A stretch of DNA of 62,851 bases, the filler included, from Octopus bimaculoides (Eukaryota): assembly GCF_001194135.2 (NCBI RefSeq). It is 5 parts of 5 records of this genome, joined end to end, with 100 filler letters (N's around TTAATTAATTAA, not from the genome) between each part and the next. Parts side by side here need not be neighbours in the genome. Positions count along the whole stretch, not along the records: positions 1 to 18,599 come from NC_068992.1; positions 18,700 to 43,559 come from NC_068981.1; 3 more parts are not named here. One strand, 5' to 3'. Position 1 is the first letter of the stretch. Every line of letters starts with the position of its first letter. Both the position numbers and the translations under genes were made by a program. The notes beneath the pieces were generated by a model. That model was given only the letters and a program-made list of their open reading frames with translations. It had not been told where the DNA came from and did not search any database. Below are positions 12,575 to 26,099 of the stretch, one piece after another.

Positions 12575-14560
12575 TAAACAAGGTTTGACAGATAGAAGGA
12601 ATGCAGAAATCCAAACGGATATTCTATCAAAACTGGAAATGAACCAGGATTTGACATTGCAGAAACTGTCAGAAGAGTGTGACAAGATATAAAAATTAAG
12701 GCATGAAACGGAAGATATTTAACGGAAAGTGTTTCCACATAAGAATACAGTGCAAAAATGTCGGAAGACAAATAAAGTGTTGCAGGAAAAGCAGAAATAA
12801 ATATCGAGGTGTAGACTCATGTATAGCACCCGAAAAAAGATTGTCCATATAAAAAAATCAAAGCGTTTTCGCTGCGGGTTTACAGGATATATAAAATCGC
12901 ACTGCATAACTAGACTGATAGGAAATTGGAATAAGCAAGAAAAATAAATAGTTAGTCAGTAGGAAAAGTTGTGATTACAACAAAAAGTTCGTGAATATGA
13001 GAATTGAAAACACTAGTGTCAGAATGCAAATAGACACGAGAAGTGATATTAGAAATATAAACGAGAAAACGTGGGAGCAAATGGGTAAACGAAAATGATG
13101 TAGTTCAAACAAAATAGCGTACGATGTTACAGGAAGAAAATTATATTTCTCGGGCTAACGCTTTGTAATACAATGTTCAAAGGCTGAACCAAAAAAGTGA
13201 GTGTTCATGTGTTGAAAAAAATCCATGAATTTATTTGGCACTGAATGTATGGAGAAATTTAACTTATGGGATACACTCATAAGCGCTTTGTGCAACAGCG
13301 TAAACGGAGCAGTCAAACGATCGAACGAAGTCGATGAAACAACAACAAAAAAATGTGGTGGGGAACATTGTGCATGAACTAACAGCAACTTTGGAAGAAA
13401 TAAAAAGAAATGCAAGAAATAACAAATTTATCAATGAGACAAAAAGAAAAGTGTGGCCGACAAAAGGAAATAGAGAAAGGTCGGATGCAAAGAACTGCCA
13501 AGAAATGAACGTGTATTCTATATGTGGTGGTGTATTAATGTACGCTCAGAGGGTGGTCATACCACAGACATTAAAGGAGAGACTGCTAACAGAGTTCCAT
13601 ATGGGACACCCAGGCATCTCTAGAATGAAAGCGCTGATGCGAAGTTTCGTATACTGACCAGGCATGGACAAGAAAATTGAAAACCTGGTAGAAGGCTGAA
13701 GAGGATGTGCACTAGCTGCGAAACTACCTACTACAAAATGTGAACCTTGGCTGGAAGTGAAAATATCATGGTCCTGATTGCATATCGATTTTGCAGACCC
13801 GGTAAATGAATGTTATTACTTAATAGTAGTGGACAGCTACACAAAATAGCCTGAAGTTGCAAGGTGTAAACGATCTACCTCGTATATGGTAATAAACTTC
13901 TTACATGAGCTGTTCGCAAGATTTGGTGTACTGGATATAACTGTCTCTGATAATGGAACACAGTTTGTATCCTGTGAGTTTAAAAGATTCTGCGAGATGT
14001 TCACGTTAGGACGTAAAACTAAAGCACCGTATCACCCTAGATCAAGTACAAGACCCAAGCAGTTCGTAGACACTTTTAAGAGAGCGTTAATGAAATATAA
14101 TAAGGAAGCCACGGACGAGGTCGTGATCCAACAATTCTTAATGGGACACAGGGTAACTCCGAACCAAAATGTGCCAGAAGGAAGTTCACCAGCAGAATTA
14201 ATGTTTGCCAGAAAGGTGAAGTCAATATTCGATAAATTGTTACCAGTGAAGAAAAAAATATGTTCTAATAAAGACATGCCAAAATTCTTTAAAATATTTG
14301 ATAAGGTATATGTAAGAATGTACAAAAAACTTGGAAGGAAAAATTGTAACATACATAGGAAGAATGATGTTTGGTGTAAGAAGCAGAAATGGAATGGAAA
14401 GGAGATATAGAAATCAGCTTAAGGAAAGAGTTATAGAAAAGAAACCAACAAGAGTAGAAATACCGATGGATTGGCTATATGACACTTTTCAGGTTCCAAC
14501 ACCGTTACAAGAAGTCGAAAGCACACGTACCACGAAAAGAACACTAAATTACTAAAAGTA
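12575..14560 (+). mobile_element. Decayed Ty3/Gypsy LTR retrotransposon: gag remnant, protease C-terminus, integrase; RT/RNase H not seen
   Basis: Gag-like FKQGLTD..EIQTDILSKLEM..DLTLQKL and a frameshifted CCHC-like knuckle near 12845-12905; NLFGTEC..FNLWD (protease end); integrase EFHMGHPGISRMKALMRSFVY, LHIDF, VVDSYTK, VSDNGTQF, PYHPRS. Confidence 0.9.
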
Positions 14561-14655
14561 GATCGTAAGAAGATCTATTGAGGATATATACTGAAAAATA
14601 AAAGAGGTGGGGGTGAATAAAAGAAATTTATTGTTAATAAAAAAGTTTAAAAAAT

Positions 14656-15009
14656 TGTTGTATAGTGAAACTGTACACCCCTCCCGGTAAAATATGGTAG
14701 GGACAGCCATTACAAATAGACCAGTAGCCGGTCGATAGTAGAAGATCAGAGAATACGTGTAGATTGTGTTGATAGTGGTGTCTGTGGTGATATAGTAATT
14801 ATACTGAGATACGGAGTGGACGTTATCACGATCCGACTGTTTGAGGATAATAACACTGTACGACTGGGAGTCATATAGTGCTAGATAGAACCATTCTATC
14901 GACGACTTCGGAATATGACTCTTTAGTTATCTATATTAGAAGTTGTAATGACACTGGTACTGAAACATGAGATAAATGGATGTAGAATACAATAACGTAT
15001 ATAATAACT
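14656..15009 (+). mobile_element. Candidate 3' LTR of the Gypsy element
   Basis: Starts TGTTGTAT and ends ATAATAAC; purine tract AAAAGAGGTGGGGG about 40 bp upstream; no partner LTR visible. Confidence 0.35.
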
Positions 15010-16405
15010 GATGAAATATTTTGCGTAATATGAAAAACGAATAAAATATTGTTCTGTATGTGTCACGGCGCCTTTTTTTTATGTGTTCGCTCCCGCTAAC
15101 TTTAGAACTTGGCTACGCCTCTGAGAAAATGGTTGCAAATATTCCCAGAACGGCTCATAATCATCTTAAACATTAGAAATTGTTAGCATCAAAGATCTAT
15201 GAACTAAAATTAAGTACCCACCCATGAGCCAACAAATCGTGGGACATAAGTGGAGGTAGGTTCGTTAGGAAGGCCAGAGAGACGTTTGTCAAGGCAAGCC
15301 TTAGATTCGAACTAATGTGGAAAAAAGAACGGGCAAGACGCCCGAAGATTGCCAGGGAGATTGTCTGGGAGGAATTGATACAAAAGGAACAAAAGACAAC
15401 AAGAAACTAAGTAAAATGAAAAACACAGAAGACAATGTATTCAGAAACTTTGAAGAGCTTTTGTTCCTCCAGAAATTCAAATAGAAATTATTACATTAAC
15501 AGCATGGCAGTCCTAATATAATTTACACGTTAAATTCACGATTAAATTTCAATATTTCAATTAATTATTTAACAGTTAATATTGATATTGGAATTAATAT
15601 GGATCTATTGAATAAATTAATATCAATTTAAAATTTTCATGCACTCTATTCTGCTGTACAAATACTGCACTAAAATGTTCTAAGTTATAATGCATGGCAG
15701 TATTTTTGACATTGTTATGCATTCGCTGCATTGTATTGTTCTACTTCTCATTATTGTTCTAAACTACCAAAATCCATTACTTTCTATTTTTAGTACAGTT
15801 GACATAAATTAATACCATTTTTCTTATTCATCTTTCTATTCCTTCAACAACACACAACAGATATGAAAGGATCCTAGAATCAGCGTAATCTGGCTGATGT
15901 TGGATTAAACTTATAATTTGTAGAAAGTAGCGTTGCAAATATTTATCCAACTTCTGTGTTACCAGAAGAATAAACAGACGTTGAAAAACGCTATTTTTCA
16001 GGATAAAATAACGACGTGGCTATGAATAAAAGTGAATTTTTGGATTGAATTGTGCCATTGAAATTTTTAGTTATAAAAGAATCTTGTAAACTATATTTTA
16101 GTAAAATATATTAAATTTTGAACTTATAAGAATTTCCTAAACAGTGTAGACTTTTATAATTGTTTTCTTTTAGTAAAAGTTAGATGCTCCGAGCTAATTA
16201 ACAAATCAATTTTATCATAGTATAAACTAGCCTACATTTCTATACACCATTTCAACAGAGAGCTCTGTTCTACTACTATTCAACATAACACTAAACTAAC
16301 TAAACTAAAATACACTTCTCTACCACTAGCACATTACCCTATTCGACGCCAAATTGCACCATCATTTTCTTTCACACCATCGTGCTAATGAAGGCCACTC
16401 TACAT

Positions 16406-16789
16406 CAGTGGTTCTCGACCATTTTTTGCACTTGGATTCTTTTGATTCTTACTTAATACTTTTGGACCGCAATGTCCGTTCACTGTATATTAAAAATATG
16501 TCCGTTCACTGTATATTAAAAATATGTCCGTTCATTGTATGTTAAAAATATCCGTTCACTGTATGTCCGCTCACTGTATATGTCTGTTTACTGTATATTA
16601 ATGTTCATTCACCGTATATTAAAAATATCCTACCATATTTTCATAATTAAGTATTATAAGGAATTGTAAAAAAAATTAAAGTATTTTGTGTATAGCAGAA
16701 GTAAAACCAATTTATTGCTCATACATTTTGACAATAAAATCTTATGGGACCCCTCAAGAGCCATATGGACCTCCGGTTGAGAACCACTG
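16406..16789. mobile_element. hAT-type MITE
   Basis: TIRs CAGTGGTTCTCGACC / GGTTGAGAACCACTG; degenerate 8-bp TSD CTCTACAT / ATCAACAT; internal tandem repeats of ATGTCCGTTCACTGTAT(ATTAAAAAT). Confidence 0.88.
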
Positions 16790-17266
16790 ATCAACATAGT
16801 CAATTGATCTACTAGAAATAGCTGCTAAAAGTTTACGTCAAATCCCTATCTACTATCATAAAAATAGCAGATATGTCTATCAAAGAAATGCAGTCCTAGA
16901 TAGTCAATGCCTTATAAAGACAGAGAAAGATCATGACTAGAATGCTTTTGATCGTTGGCCTGCTCTATGAGAGCTGTTGTGGGGCTAAACAAAACATATC
17001 GCTATTATAATGCTTTACACTGTACTGCACAAGACTCAAAAGCCAGTGAGGAAGCTTTTGTGTTGGTTTTGGAACCTCTAGAAATAGCAGCGACATCTTT
17101 TTCAAGCCATAGCCTGCAGACTGTCGCAAAAGAACATGAAGAAATGTAGAGAATTTTTTACTGTAGCACCATTTCTTTGATCTATCTTTGTATCTCAGTT
17201 ATCAAACACACACACATACACATACACATACACACATACAGGCTATATACATGTGTGTGTGTGTAT

Positions 17267-17301
<35 letters not shown>

Positions 17302-17489
17302 GGTATGCTTATATGACTCCAGGATAATTCGTCGTTGGCCATTTCGTCATGAGGTCAATGCGTCATGTGGTCAATTTGTGTTCAACATCGAAATCGTAAT
17401 GTTATCATGTTATATCATTTGTTATTCGGATGTCAGTTTGAATTCCTTGTTAAAAATTGCACGCATAACAAAAGCAAATTATTTCTTAC

Positions 17490-17603
17490 CCGAGGGAGTT
17501 GAGTAGATGTTGAATCGCTGCATCAAATGGTTCTCAAGAATGTTTTCAATTGGTATTGTTCCATATAGACGGCAAACATGAATATGTAATGTGACGAGCA
17601 AAA
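17490..17603 (-). CDS. Candidate internal coding exon (phase 1/1), unknown product
   Basis: Acceptor ..GAAACTTCTAG, donor CGG|GTAAGA, open frame LLVTLHIHVCRLYGTIPIENILENHLMQRFNIYSTPS. Confidence 0.4.
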
Positions 17604-18201
17604 CTAGAAGTTTCGAAACAAATGTCCAAAACAATTCTGCTTTTCATTTATTTTGAAAGATACTTTCACATTTGTCAGGTAAATGACTTCTACAGAAGTT
17701 TTCTTTACCAAGCAAAAATATCAGGCATGTTATACACTTTGGTGAAAGTTTTGATGGAAATTATTCTACAACTACTTTGCATTGAAACATATTTACTCAG
17801 CAGCAAAAATATTTTCTACGCTTATTGCAGTTAGCATTTCCAATTGTAAATTGTTTTAGCCTCAGATGGTAATGCAAATAACGCAGTTTAGAATATAAAA
17901 ACAAAACCAATTTCATTTTGTGGATCCTCTCGATTAATTATAATCGATGGAATTAAAAATATGAATAACTCTTCATTTTCGTATATTCCGCAACTTTCAG
18001 CGCGTTATGTTCTTGAGCTTATGTACTTCATATCCCGTTGCTTTAGGCCATCTTTAGATTAATAGGGAAGGCTCACTTAACCAGCGGGGTAGCGTGATTC
18101 AGAGGCTAAAACGATACAAAGGACATTATGACCAGCGATGTGAAGCAACATCTGATAGCCTGGTTGGTCACGTGGTCACGTGATATTTATATATACATGT
18201 A

Positions 18202-18330
18202 CAGGCGCAGGCGGTTTTGGGTCCAGTCTGACTGCATAGCACCTTGGGCAAGTGTCTTCTACTATAGCTTTGGGCAGACCAGAGACTTCTAAGTGGATCT
18301 CGTAGTCGGAAACTGAAAGAAGCCCGTCGT
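18202..18330 (+). mobile_element. Partial SINE family C
   Basis: ACCTTGGGCAAGTGTCTTCTACTATAGC..GGAAACTGAAAGAAGCCCGTCGT. Confidence 0.8.
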
Positions 18331-19597
18331 ACACACACACGCACACACACACGCACACACACACACATATAATTTACCATTACTAAAAAGTGACGAAGGG
18401 TGCAGGGAGAACCATTATTGCTAGAAACAAGAGTCAAAATCTCTTTAGCCACAAAAGCACGTTCTATTTACTAACAAGGGAGACAACCTTCCCAAAGCAA
18501 GCGAGGGAAATAGAGCTTGTGCTTTTGTGTATAAAGAGTTTTTGACTGTTATTTCTAGCAATGCTGGTGCTCCCTGCAGCCCTCATCACTTTTTAGTAAN
18601 NNNNNNNNNNNNNNNNNNNNNNNNNNNNNNNNNNNNNNNNNNNTTAATTAATTAANNNNNNNNNNNNNNNNNNNNNNNNNNNNNNNNNNNNNNNNNNNNA
18701 TATATATATATATATACATACATACATATAAGTGTATTAATAAATAGATAGACAGAGAGACACATAGGTAGTTAGGTAGATAGATAGATAGAGTGACAGA
18801 GAGATAGCTACCTCGTTTCTGTGTCTGGTTTGCAAGATTCATTATGTGAAGTCGTGTGTTGCATCACACCGCGTGTTAATGTTATTGTCATAAAAACTTG
18901 CCTAAGTCACAACACTATATATGGAGAGAGAGAGAGAGAGGGGGATAGGGCGAAAGAGACTGAGTGAGGAAGAGAGAGGAAGTGGGGAAGGCTGGAAAGA
19001 TAGAAGATGCGATGAAGTCCATTCGGTTCCAGAGGTCAGAGCAGCGTTTGTGTGTCATTGGGATGCCAGCTAAGACTTGATTAACCACGACTGGATCAGC
19101 TTGGAGAGTGGGGTCTGATGTCGAAAAACCCTAAATATCTTTAGACCACAGGAGTATCACTGACATTAAATCTCATAGCATATGCATCATAGCATATGCA
19201 TCACAAACCTAATTCATGTACATAGACAGAGGCTACAAACGACAGTGACTGACACCTCTTCTAATACCGAAAGAAGCATTGGTTGGCCTTTCTCTCTATT
19301 TATGTATATTTCTGTTTGTGTGTACATGTGTGTCCGTGTGTGCATGCGTACGTGTGTACGTATGTATCTATGCATATATGTATGTATGCATATATGTATG
19401 TGTGTATGTATGTATATATATACCAGACACAAGATTTTACTTTATTTTATCTTCGAATGGTAACAAGTTAAATGATAAAAGAAAAACAAACACACCGATA
19501 AGTTTTCAAAGTATACAAAAATCTGTTCCACTTGACAAAAATCCAAAGAACAGTTACTGTGTGTCAGTCGTAAGACAATAAGAGCCAAAGGATAAGT

Positions 19598-20700
19598 ATC
19601 AGGTCATCTCATAAGTTCTGTCCGAATTTTGAATAAAGAAAACAAGTGATCAAATGTTATATTTAATTGAAATTTAATCCTCAATGTACTTTCCTGATTA
19701 TCTATGACTTCTTTCCATTTATTTACAAGCTTTTTAATCCCATCAATGTAAAACACTTTTGATTTCAAAACGAAGAACTCTGAAATGTCAGTTTCGACCT
19801 CCACCTGGTTTGCAAAATTTATGTCCCCCGAATGATTCTGTAAACTACGAAACAAATGATAGTCTGAAGGAGAAAGATCGGGAGAATAAGGTGGATGAGG
19901 AATTTTTCCCAGCCAAGCTCTTCGATCTTCTGTGATGTGATCTTTGCAGTGCGGGGTCGCGCATTGTCCTGATGAAACATCACTCCTTTTCGATTCACTA
20001 AAGCAGGTTTTTTTTTCTTCGAATCTTGGTTCAAACGCTCTAATTGCTGACAGTAGACTTGAGCATTGATTGTTGCATTAGGTGGTTACAATTCAAAGTT
20101 AATTACTCCTTTACAATCCCACCAGATAGAGAGAAGAACCTTTTCCCATGAAGTTCCCTTCTCGGTTGTGGTTGAGCTTTTTACCCTTTTACCAAGCCAC
20201 TGTTTACGACGTTTAACATTTCGATAGAAGATCCATTTTTTCGTCACCTGTCACAAGTCTATCCAAAAAGGGTGAAATGAGTTCGCGAGAATAGAGAGAA
20301 GAGCAGATGTCAACTCGGGATTTGCATTTGCTTTCGGACAATGCATGAGACACCCATTTTCAAGTTTAGGAACCTTTCGAAGTTGTTGAAGATGACGATG
20401 AACAGTTGTATGGTTTGAACTAAGCTTTATTGCCAATTCTGATAATGCAGGATTTTCGTCAAGTAATACCTCAAGGAGCTTATCATCAAGCTCAACAGGA
20501 CGTCCTGTTCAAGGCTGAAATCTCCATTTCTGAATTTTGCAAACCATCTTCTGCAAGTTCTTTCATTCAAGCATTCTTTCCCATAAACTGAGTGTATGTT
20601 TCGAGTCGCTTCGGCTGCAGAGTTTCCTTTTTTGTACTCATAAAGCATTATGTGTCTTAAATGCTCTTTGGATACTTATATATAATATTATTAGGGACAA
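19598..20700 (-). mobile_element. Decayed mariner transposon
   Basis: MLYEYKKGNSAAEATRNIHSVYG..TCRRWFAKFRNGDFSLE (N-terminal HTH); FHQDNARP..LGWE; LFRSLQN..FYIDGIKKLVNKWKEVID; TIR-like TATCAGGTCATCTCATAAGTTCTGTCCG at about 19598. Confidence 0.92.
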
Positions 20701-21986
20701 AATCCAAAATTACAGGTAAAAAACTCAATTAAAATCAATTTATAAAAAATTAAAATTAAATTGAGCTTTATAGATAAAGTATATATAAAATATATATAGT
20801 TTTAGGGAAAATAACCAATTTTCAAGAACTCATCGATGAAAATCCACTATCACATATAGAAAAATTAATAATTAAAAGCACAATAAATGAGTATAATATA
20901 AAGTAAAGTAAATATCATNNNNNNNNNNNNNNNNNNNNNNNNNNNNNNNNNNNNNNNNNNNNNNNNNNNNNNNNNNNNNNNNNNNNNNNNNNNNNNNNNN
21001 NNNNNNNNNNNNNNNNNNNNNNNNNNNNNNNNNNNNNNNNNNNNNNNNNNNNNNNNNNNNNNNNNNNNNNNNNNNNNNNNNNNNNNNNNNNNNNNNNNNN
21101 NNNNNNNNNNNNNNNNNNNNNNNNNNNNNNNNNNNNNNNNNNNNNNNNNNNNNNNNNNNNNNNNNNNNNNNNNNNNNNNNNNNNNNNNNNNNNNNNNNNN
21201 NNNNNNNNNNNNNNNNNNNNNNNNNNNNNNNNNNNNNNNNNNNNNNNNNNNNNNNNNNNNNNNNNNNNNNNNNNNNNNNNNNNNNNNNNNNNNNNNNNNN
21301 NNNNNNNNNNNNNNNNNNNNNNNNNNNNNNNNNNNNNNNNNNNNNNNNNNNNNNNNNNNNNNNNNNNNNNNNNNNNNNNNNNNNNNNNNNNNNNNNNNNN
21401 NNNNNNNNNNNNNNNNNNNNNNNNNNNNNNNNNNNNNNNNNNNNNNNNNNNNNNNNNNNNNNNNNNNNNNNNNNNNNNNNNNNNNNNNNNNNNNNNNNNN
21501 NNNNNNNNNNNNNNNNNNNNNNNNNNNNNNNNNNNNNNNNNNNNNNNNNNNNNNNNNNNNNNNNNNNNNNNNNNNNNNNNNNNNNNNNNNNNNNNNNNNN
21601 NNNNNNNNNNNNNNNNNNNNNNNNNNNNNNNNNNNNNNNNNNNNNNNNNNNNNNNNNNNNNNNNNNNNNNNNNNNNNNNNNNNNNNNNNNNNNNNNNNNN
21701 NNNNNNNNNNNNNNNNNNNNNNNNNNNNNNNNNNNNNNNNNNNNNNNNNNNNNNNNNNNNNNNNNNNNNNNNNNNNNNNNNNNNNNNNNNNNNNNNNNNN
21801 NNNNNNNNNNNNNNNNNNNNNNNNNNNNNNNNNNNNNNNNNNNNNNNNNNNNNNNNNNNNNNNNNNNNNNNNNNNNNNNNNNNNNNNNNNNNNNNNNNNN
21901 NNNTTTAAATAAAGCATATTACTCTACCTCTGGTATTTGAGTACTCTTTTTTCCACCTTGTTGCACATTTCATGTGCTTACTCCGG

Positions 21987-22021
<35 letters not shown>

Positions 22022-22239
22022 GCATATATATATAAATACATATATATATATATATACCTATATATATATATGCCTATATATGTATGAGTATGTGTGTGTG
22101 TGCATACACAGATACTTAGTTGTTCATTATCATAAACTCCGGCGCTTTACTTTGGAAAGAAAACTCAAATAGTTAAGGCATGAAGAAATTCGCTAGATAA
22201 CATAAACTGAAGTCTATTTACCATCGTTAATTTTTACTG

Positions 22240-23330
22240 TAGTGTTTGTTCTCTTTGAAATAGAAATCAAAATGAGGGCAGTACGGCCTGTAAGTCAGTA
22301 TTGCACTAAGATATTTTACTCGTTTCTGAATATGATTTGTTTCTAAATGATATCGAATCTCCTTGAGTTGCCCATTATATAACCTTGAAAAATCCTCTTA
22401 TGTTAATCTTATTCATAAAACAGGAAAATATATTTGATTTAAAAATATCAACGAGTGGAACTCTAAATTATACGGAAGAGCTTTCATCCGGCTGTATGGT
22501 GAGTGAAGACTACGTGTAACACTTTTTAATAATTTATAGAATTTCACTACTATCCTGACCCAGTCTCGTAGGTGTTATTGTAGGTGTTACTTCAATGATA
22601 CATAGTCATATCAGCTGCGATATATGCTCTGTCGCCTGCTTTCTCTAATTTTAGCATAACATTATACATTTTTGTCCAGTCACTGTTGTGCAGAGAGAAA
22701 TCCACTTTAAGCGTACTTCAGTTCTAATTGTATCATAAGTGTACACATCTGTCATAACAAAATTTCCTTTCTTTTGGGCTGGAATAAACAACGATGATAA
22801 TTTCAAATATTTTATGCTCTTTATAAGTTTTACTATGTTACATAGTTTTGACAGAATTTTTTCTGTCTCTCAGAACAATCTCTCCAAGTGATTCAGAGTA
22901 ACTACACAATTAGAATAAAATAACTTATATCGTCGCAGGTTCAAGTATTAATATACCTTGTATTGTGATCACGAAATTCGCATCATTATTTGATTAACAA
23001 ACATACAAAGAGTACGAAGGAATATGGCCGACGTAACTGCAAAATTGAGTTATACCCAAAAAGGTGTAACAAGCAATTGTTCAGTACCGGAGATTATATA
23101 TATTTCATATCAAAATTCCACCCCAATGCCCCAGCCACTGAATAATTTCCTCGTTCATGGGGTACATGCAGAAAAGCTAGGATCTAAGCTATAACTTTGT
23201 GCATTCTTCATCGATGTTAATTTTCGTTATCGGAGAATATGTTTTATTTGGATTCTCATTGCTTTGTGTGCACACCAGGAATTATTACATCTGTCAGCAC
23301 GTTTTCTGCCACAAGGTTTGTCCATAGTTT
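22240..23330 (+). repeat. Diverged duplicated block, copy 1 (homologous to 28900-30400)
   Basis: Shared segments, e.g. TATTTTACTCGTTTCT(G/T)AATATGATTTGT, TATACGGAAGAG(C/T)TT, AAAAGCTAG(G/A)ATCTAAG, CGGAGAATATGTTT. Confidence 0.8.
22668..22778 (-). CDS. Weak candidate coding exon (phase 1/1)
   Basis: Acceptor TTGTTTATTCCAG, possible donor AAT|GTATAA, open frame QKKGNFVMTDVYTYDTIRTEVRLKWISLCTTVTGQK. Confidence 0.25.
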
Positions 23331-23344
23331 TTAGCTAATTTGGA

Positions 23345-24665
23345 GGTATTAAATTCAAATCTGACATCAGATTTTGTCTACCACATCAGATATTTGAGAT
23401 ATAAATTTTTTTAATTTGGCTAGAAAAGCTATTTAATGTTCATAATATAACAAGTCAAAACACGAAGTTGTGGGAGTAATTACACATTAGCATTTAATTA
23501 AGTTTGGTGATAAGAAAATATGACTACAAAATCTCTATTCATTGTGGTCATTCATTTTGATCATGTTATTACAAAAAGAACTTCCTCTTTTTTTTTGACG
23601 ATTTCGTGCACAACGTCTGGAAAATCTCTCATCCAGCTCCAGTGGTAATTTGCCGTTATGTTTGAATCCCATCGACCTTGGTAGCGTTCTTCCATTTCTT
23701 TTACGTCTTGATAAAAGGGTTCACCTTGTTCTTCCCTAAAATCACTCAGGTACTCTGGAACTCACTCAAGTGCAATTTAATGTCCATTTTCCATCGAAGT
23801 GCTCTTTTTTCATACAGTGATTCTTTGTAGCTCTACTCTCCCTGTAACACAGGAAGCAAGGGTTCTTTGTATAAACTCCTTCCTGGCCCAGTAGCAGGTT
23901 TACAACTTTCAGATCGACACAAATTGCCCTTCCATGGATATGATATTGCAACCTCTCCAGAATTCTCTTGATGTTGGCATACTACTCTTTCATTTTTATA
24001 GAATGTCTTATTGGAATTGAGCCATACAAATTCCGTTGTGGAGTAAAACAATTTTCAATCTGGTTTTAGAGGTGTAAAGAAATCGCTATTCACGTAAATC
24101 ATATGCCGGTACTCCCATATTGATAAGAATCCCTTCAACATCATTGCAATAAACATATTGACCATCTGAAAGGAAGTACGTCCATAGTTCTGCTTCTCTG
24201 TTACGATAAATGGAGACACAAGTGCCAGGTTTCAGCAGTCTTTTGTCTTGCTAGCCTGGAAGCCAACAATTCGACAGACTGCTTTGGCAAATACAAATTC
24301 CTGACCAGATAATTCAATTCAGGTTGACTAAACAGGGAAACATTATCACAGTCTGAATCAGATGGCATAAGCTGTTCATCCTCATCACTAGCAGGTGAAG
24401 TGAAGGCTTCATCATCAATCTGTGACATCTCAATAAATAAAAACACAGATACTTCCTTGGGGTGTGCAACCGGTCGACGGGCAGATGGTATATCTGGGTA
24501 TTGCAATTTTCGTTTGGCTTTTTTATTGATCTCTTTGCATTCTTTCTTTCAGACCATCATCGCAAAGTTTCAACACACCTTTTTCAAATTTTGTCGGGTG
24601 GCCAGGTTTTGTCCTAAGCTCCAAGTGTTACTTTGAAGTACGTAACATACATCTTCATGACACAG
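23345..24665 (-). mobile_element. Decayed DNA transposon with Chapaev3-like transposase
   Basis: Motifs YFKVTLG..DKTWPP, LQYPDIPSARRPVAH, FSQPELNYLVRNLYLPKQSVELLASRL, ICVDLKVVNLLLGQEGVYTKNPCFLC and EEQGE..QD.KEMEERYQGRWD. Transposase is clear; superfamily assigned from memory of Chapaev3 proteins. Confidence 0.75.
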
Positions 24666-26099
24666 CCACTAATGGAAGCAAAGGAACTTTGGTAAAATCC
24701 AGTGACTCCTTCACCAGGTTGGATAGATAAGGGACTATCGTATCAGATCATTACGCAAGGGAAATTTAAAGGCTGAATAAATATAGGAGGCAGGGAAATG
24801 GTTGTGGCAGGGGGAGGTAGGTGGCTGGATGGGAGTATGTGGAGTATCAGAGAAAGGGAAGGGAAAAGCGGTGAGAGAGTCATATCAAGATGATGGAGGG
24901 GTGAATGAACAGGGTACTGAGTGAGTTATTATTTGTGGTCGATGTGAAGAATTGGGAGACAAGTGGGAGGGGTAGTATGCAGTATTCTAAAGGTTTTCAA
25001 TACTCCTAGATTATGAAGAAATGTTAATACTTTAGTGTAGTACTCAATATAATCAATGGAAGTTTTGATAGCGAGAGAAAAGTGGGGAGTGATTATTTTG
25101 TGAAAGAAAGGATCGATCATATTCTAGTAGGGTGTCAAAAGAGGAATTTCAGGAATGAAGATGAGTCGGCGGTGAAGAGTCAGTTGTTTTGGTTGAAGAG
25201 GCAAAGAGGTGATGGCGGAATGGAATTCTAAGAATGAAGATAGGGATAGCTGTAAGGATGGGATGTGCTGGGCAGGAGAAAATTAGCAAAAGTAATATTA
25301 AGAAGGAATAAATGATGAGTTTCAGAAAGTGAGAACGTTTATTTATAAGTGGCTTGCTGGCCACCTGTTCCGCCTTACAAGGGTATATTTACCCTATCTT
25401 CTAGGCTGTTTTCGCAGCTATTCTACTGCGTTCGAATTTTCTTTAATTTCTGGCATGTATGTATGTATGTATGTATGTATGTATATAGATGAATATTTTA
25501 GGTGTCAAATTGATAAGATAAAAGATGGAGAGTTGTACATTCACAAAGTTTGTTTATTGCTGTGATATATACAACATATTCTCTTTAAAACATTGACCGA
25601 CACCTGATTCTACTGTATAGATGTCCTAGTATATCGTATCCAGTAGCATGCTGTTGGTTTTGTTGAATTACGATTTCACCCAGATTAAACGAATGCATGC
25701 AGGATGTTACTATTAGGAGTTGTTGAAGAGAACTGAAGTATAAGAAATGTGATAGTCATATTCTGTGTCTGTTTTAGGTGGTGTATATGTGTGTTTAGCA
25801 AAGCTGGTTGAGAAATACGATGAGACTATAAAGTCCGTTATAATTTAAGCCTTGAGTGAACCGAATGCTTAGACGGAATATCATGAGAGAACATACAAGT
25901 GAGGGAAGTGGAAACTTGACCAAACCATGTTTTGCCCAGAGGCCGCAAACAATATGGACCGATAGAAATTCTAGGACAAATAGATACAAAAATGATTAGT
26001 ATTGCAATTTGTCGCTCTTTGGTAATTCAAGTGTGTGTGTGTGTGTTTGTATGCATGCGTATGTACACGCATATTGATAGATAGACAGACAAGTGTCTG

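Noticed and set aside
15105-15123. GGCTACGCCTCTG, a possible transposon terminus
   Set aside because: No matching second end or TSD found.
16471-16625. Repeat-spacer look resembling a CRISPR array
   Set aside because: Spacers are not unique, the array lies inside a hAT MITE, and the context is eukaryotic with no cas genes.
17603-17647. Signal peptide plus Cys-loop receptor-like start (chemotactile receptor idea) for the 17.5-kb exon
   Set aside because: The upstream ATG is out of frame, the resemblance is superficial, and no other receptor motifs occur nearby.
24720-25400. Purine-rich stretch that may be a decayed Penelope-like RT on the minus strand
   Set aside because: Only vague similarity; no intact motif could be read.
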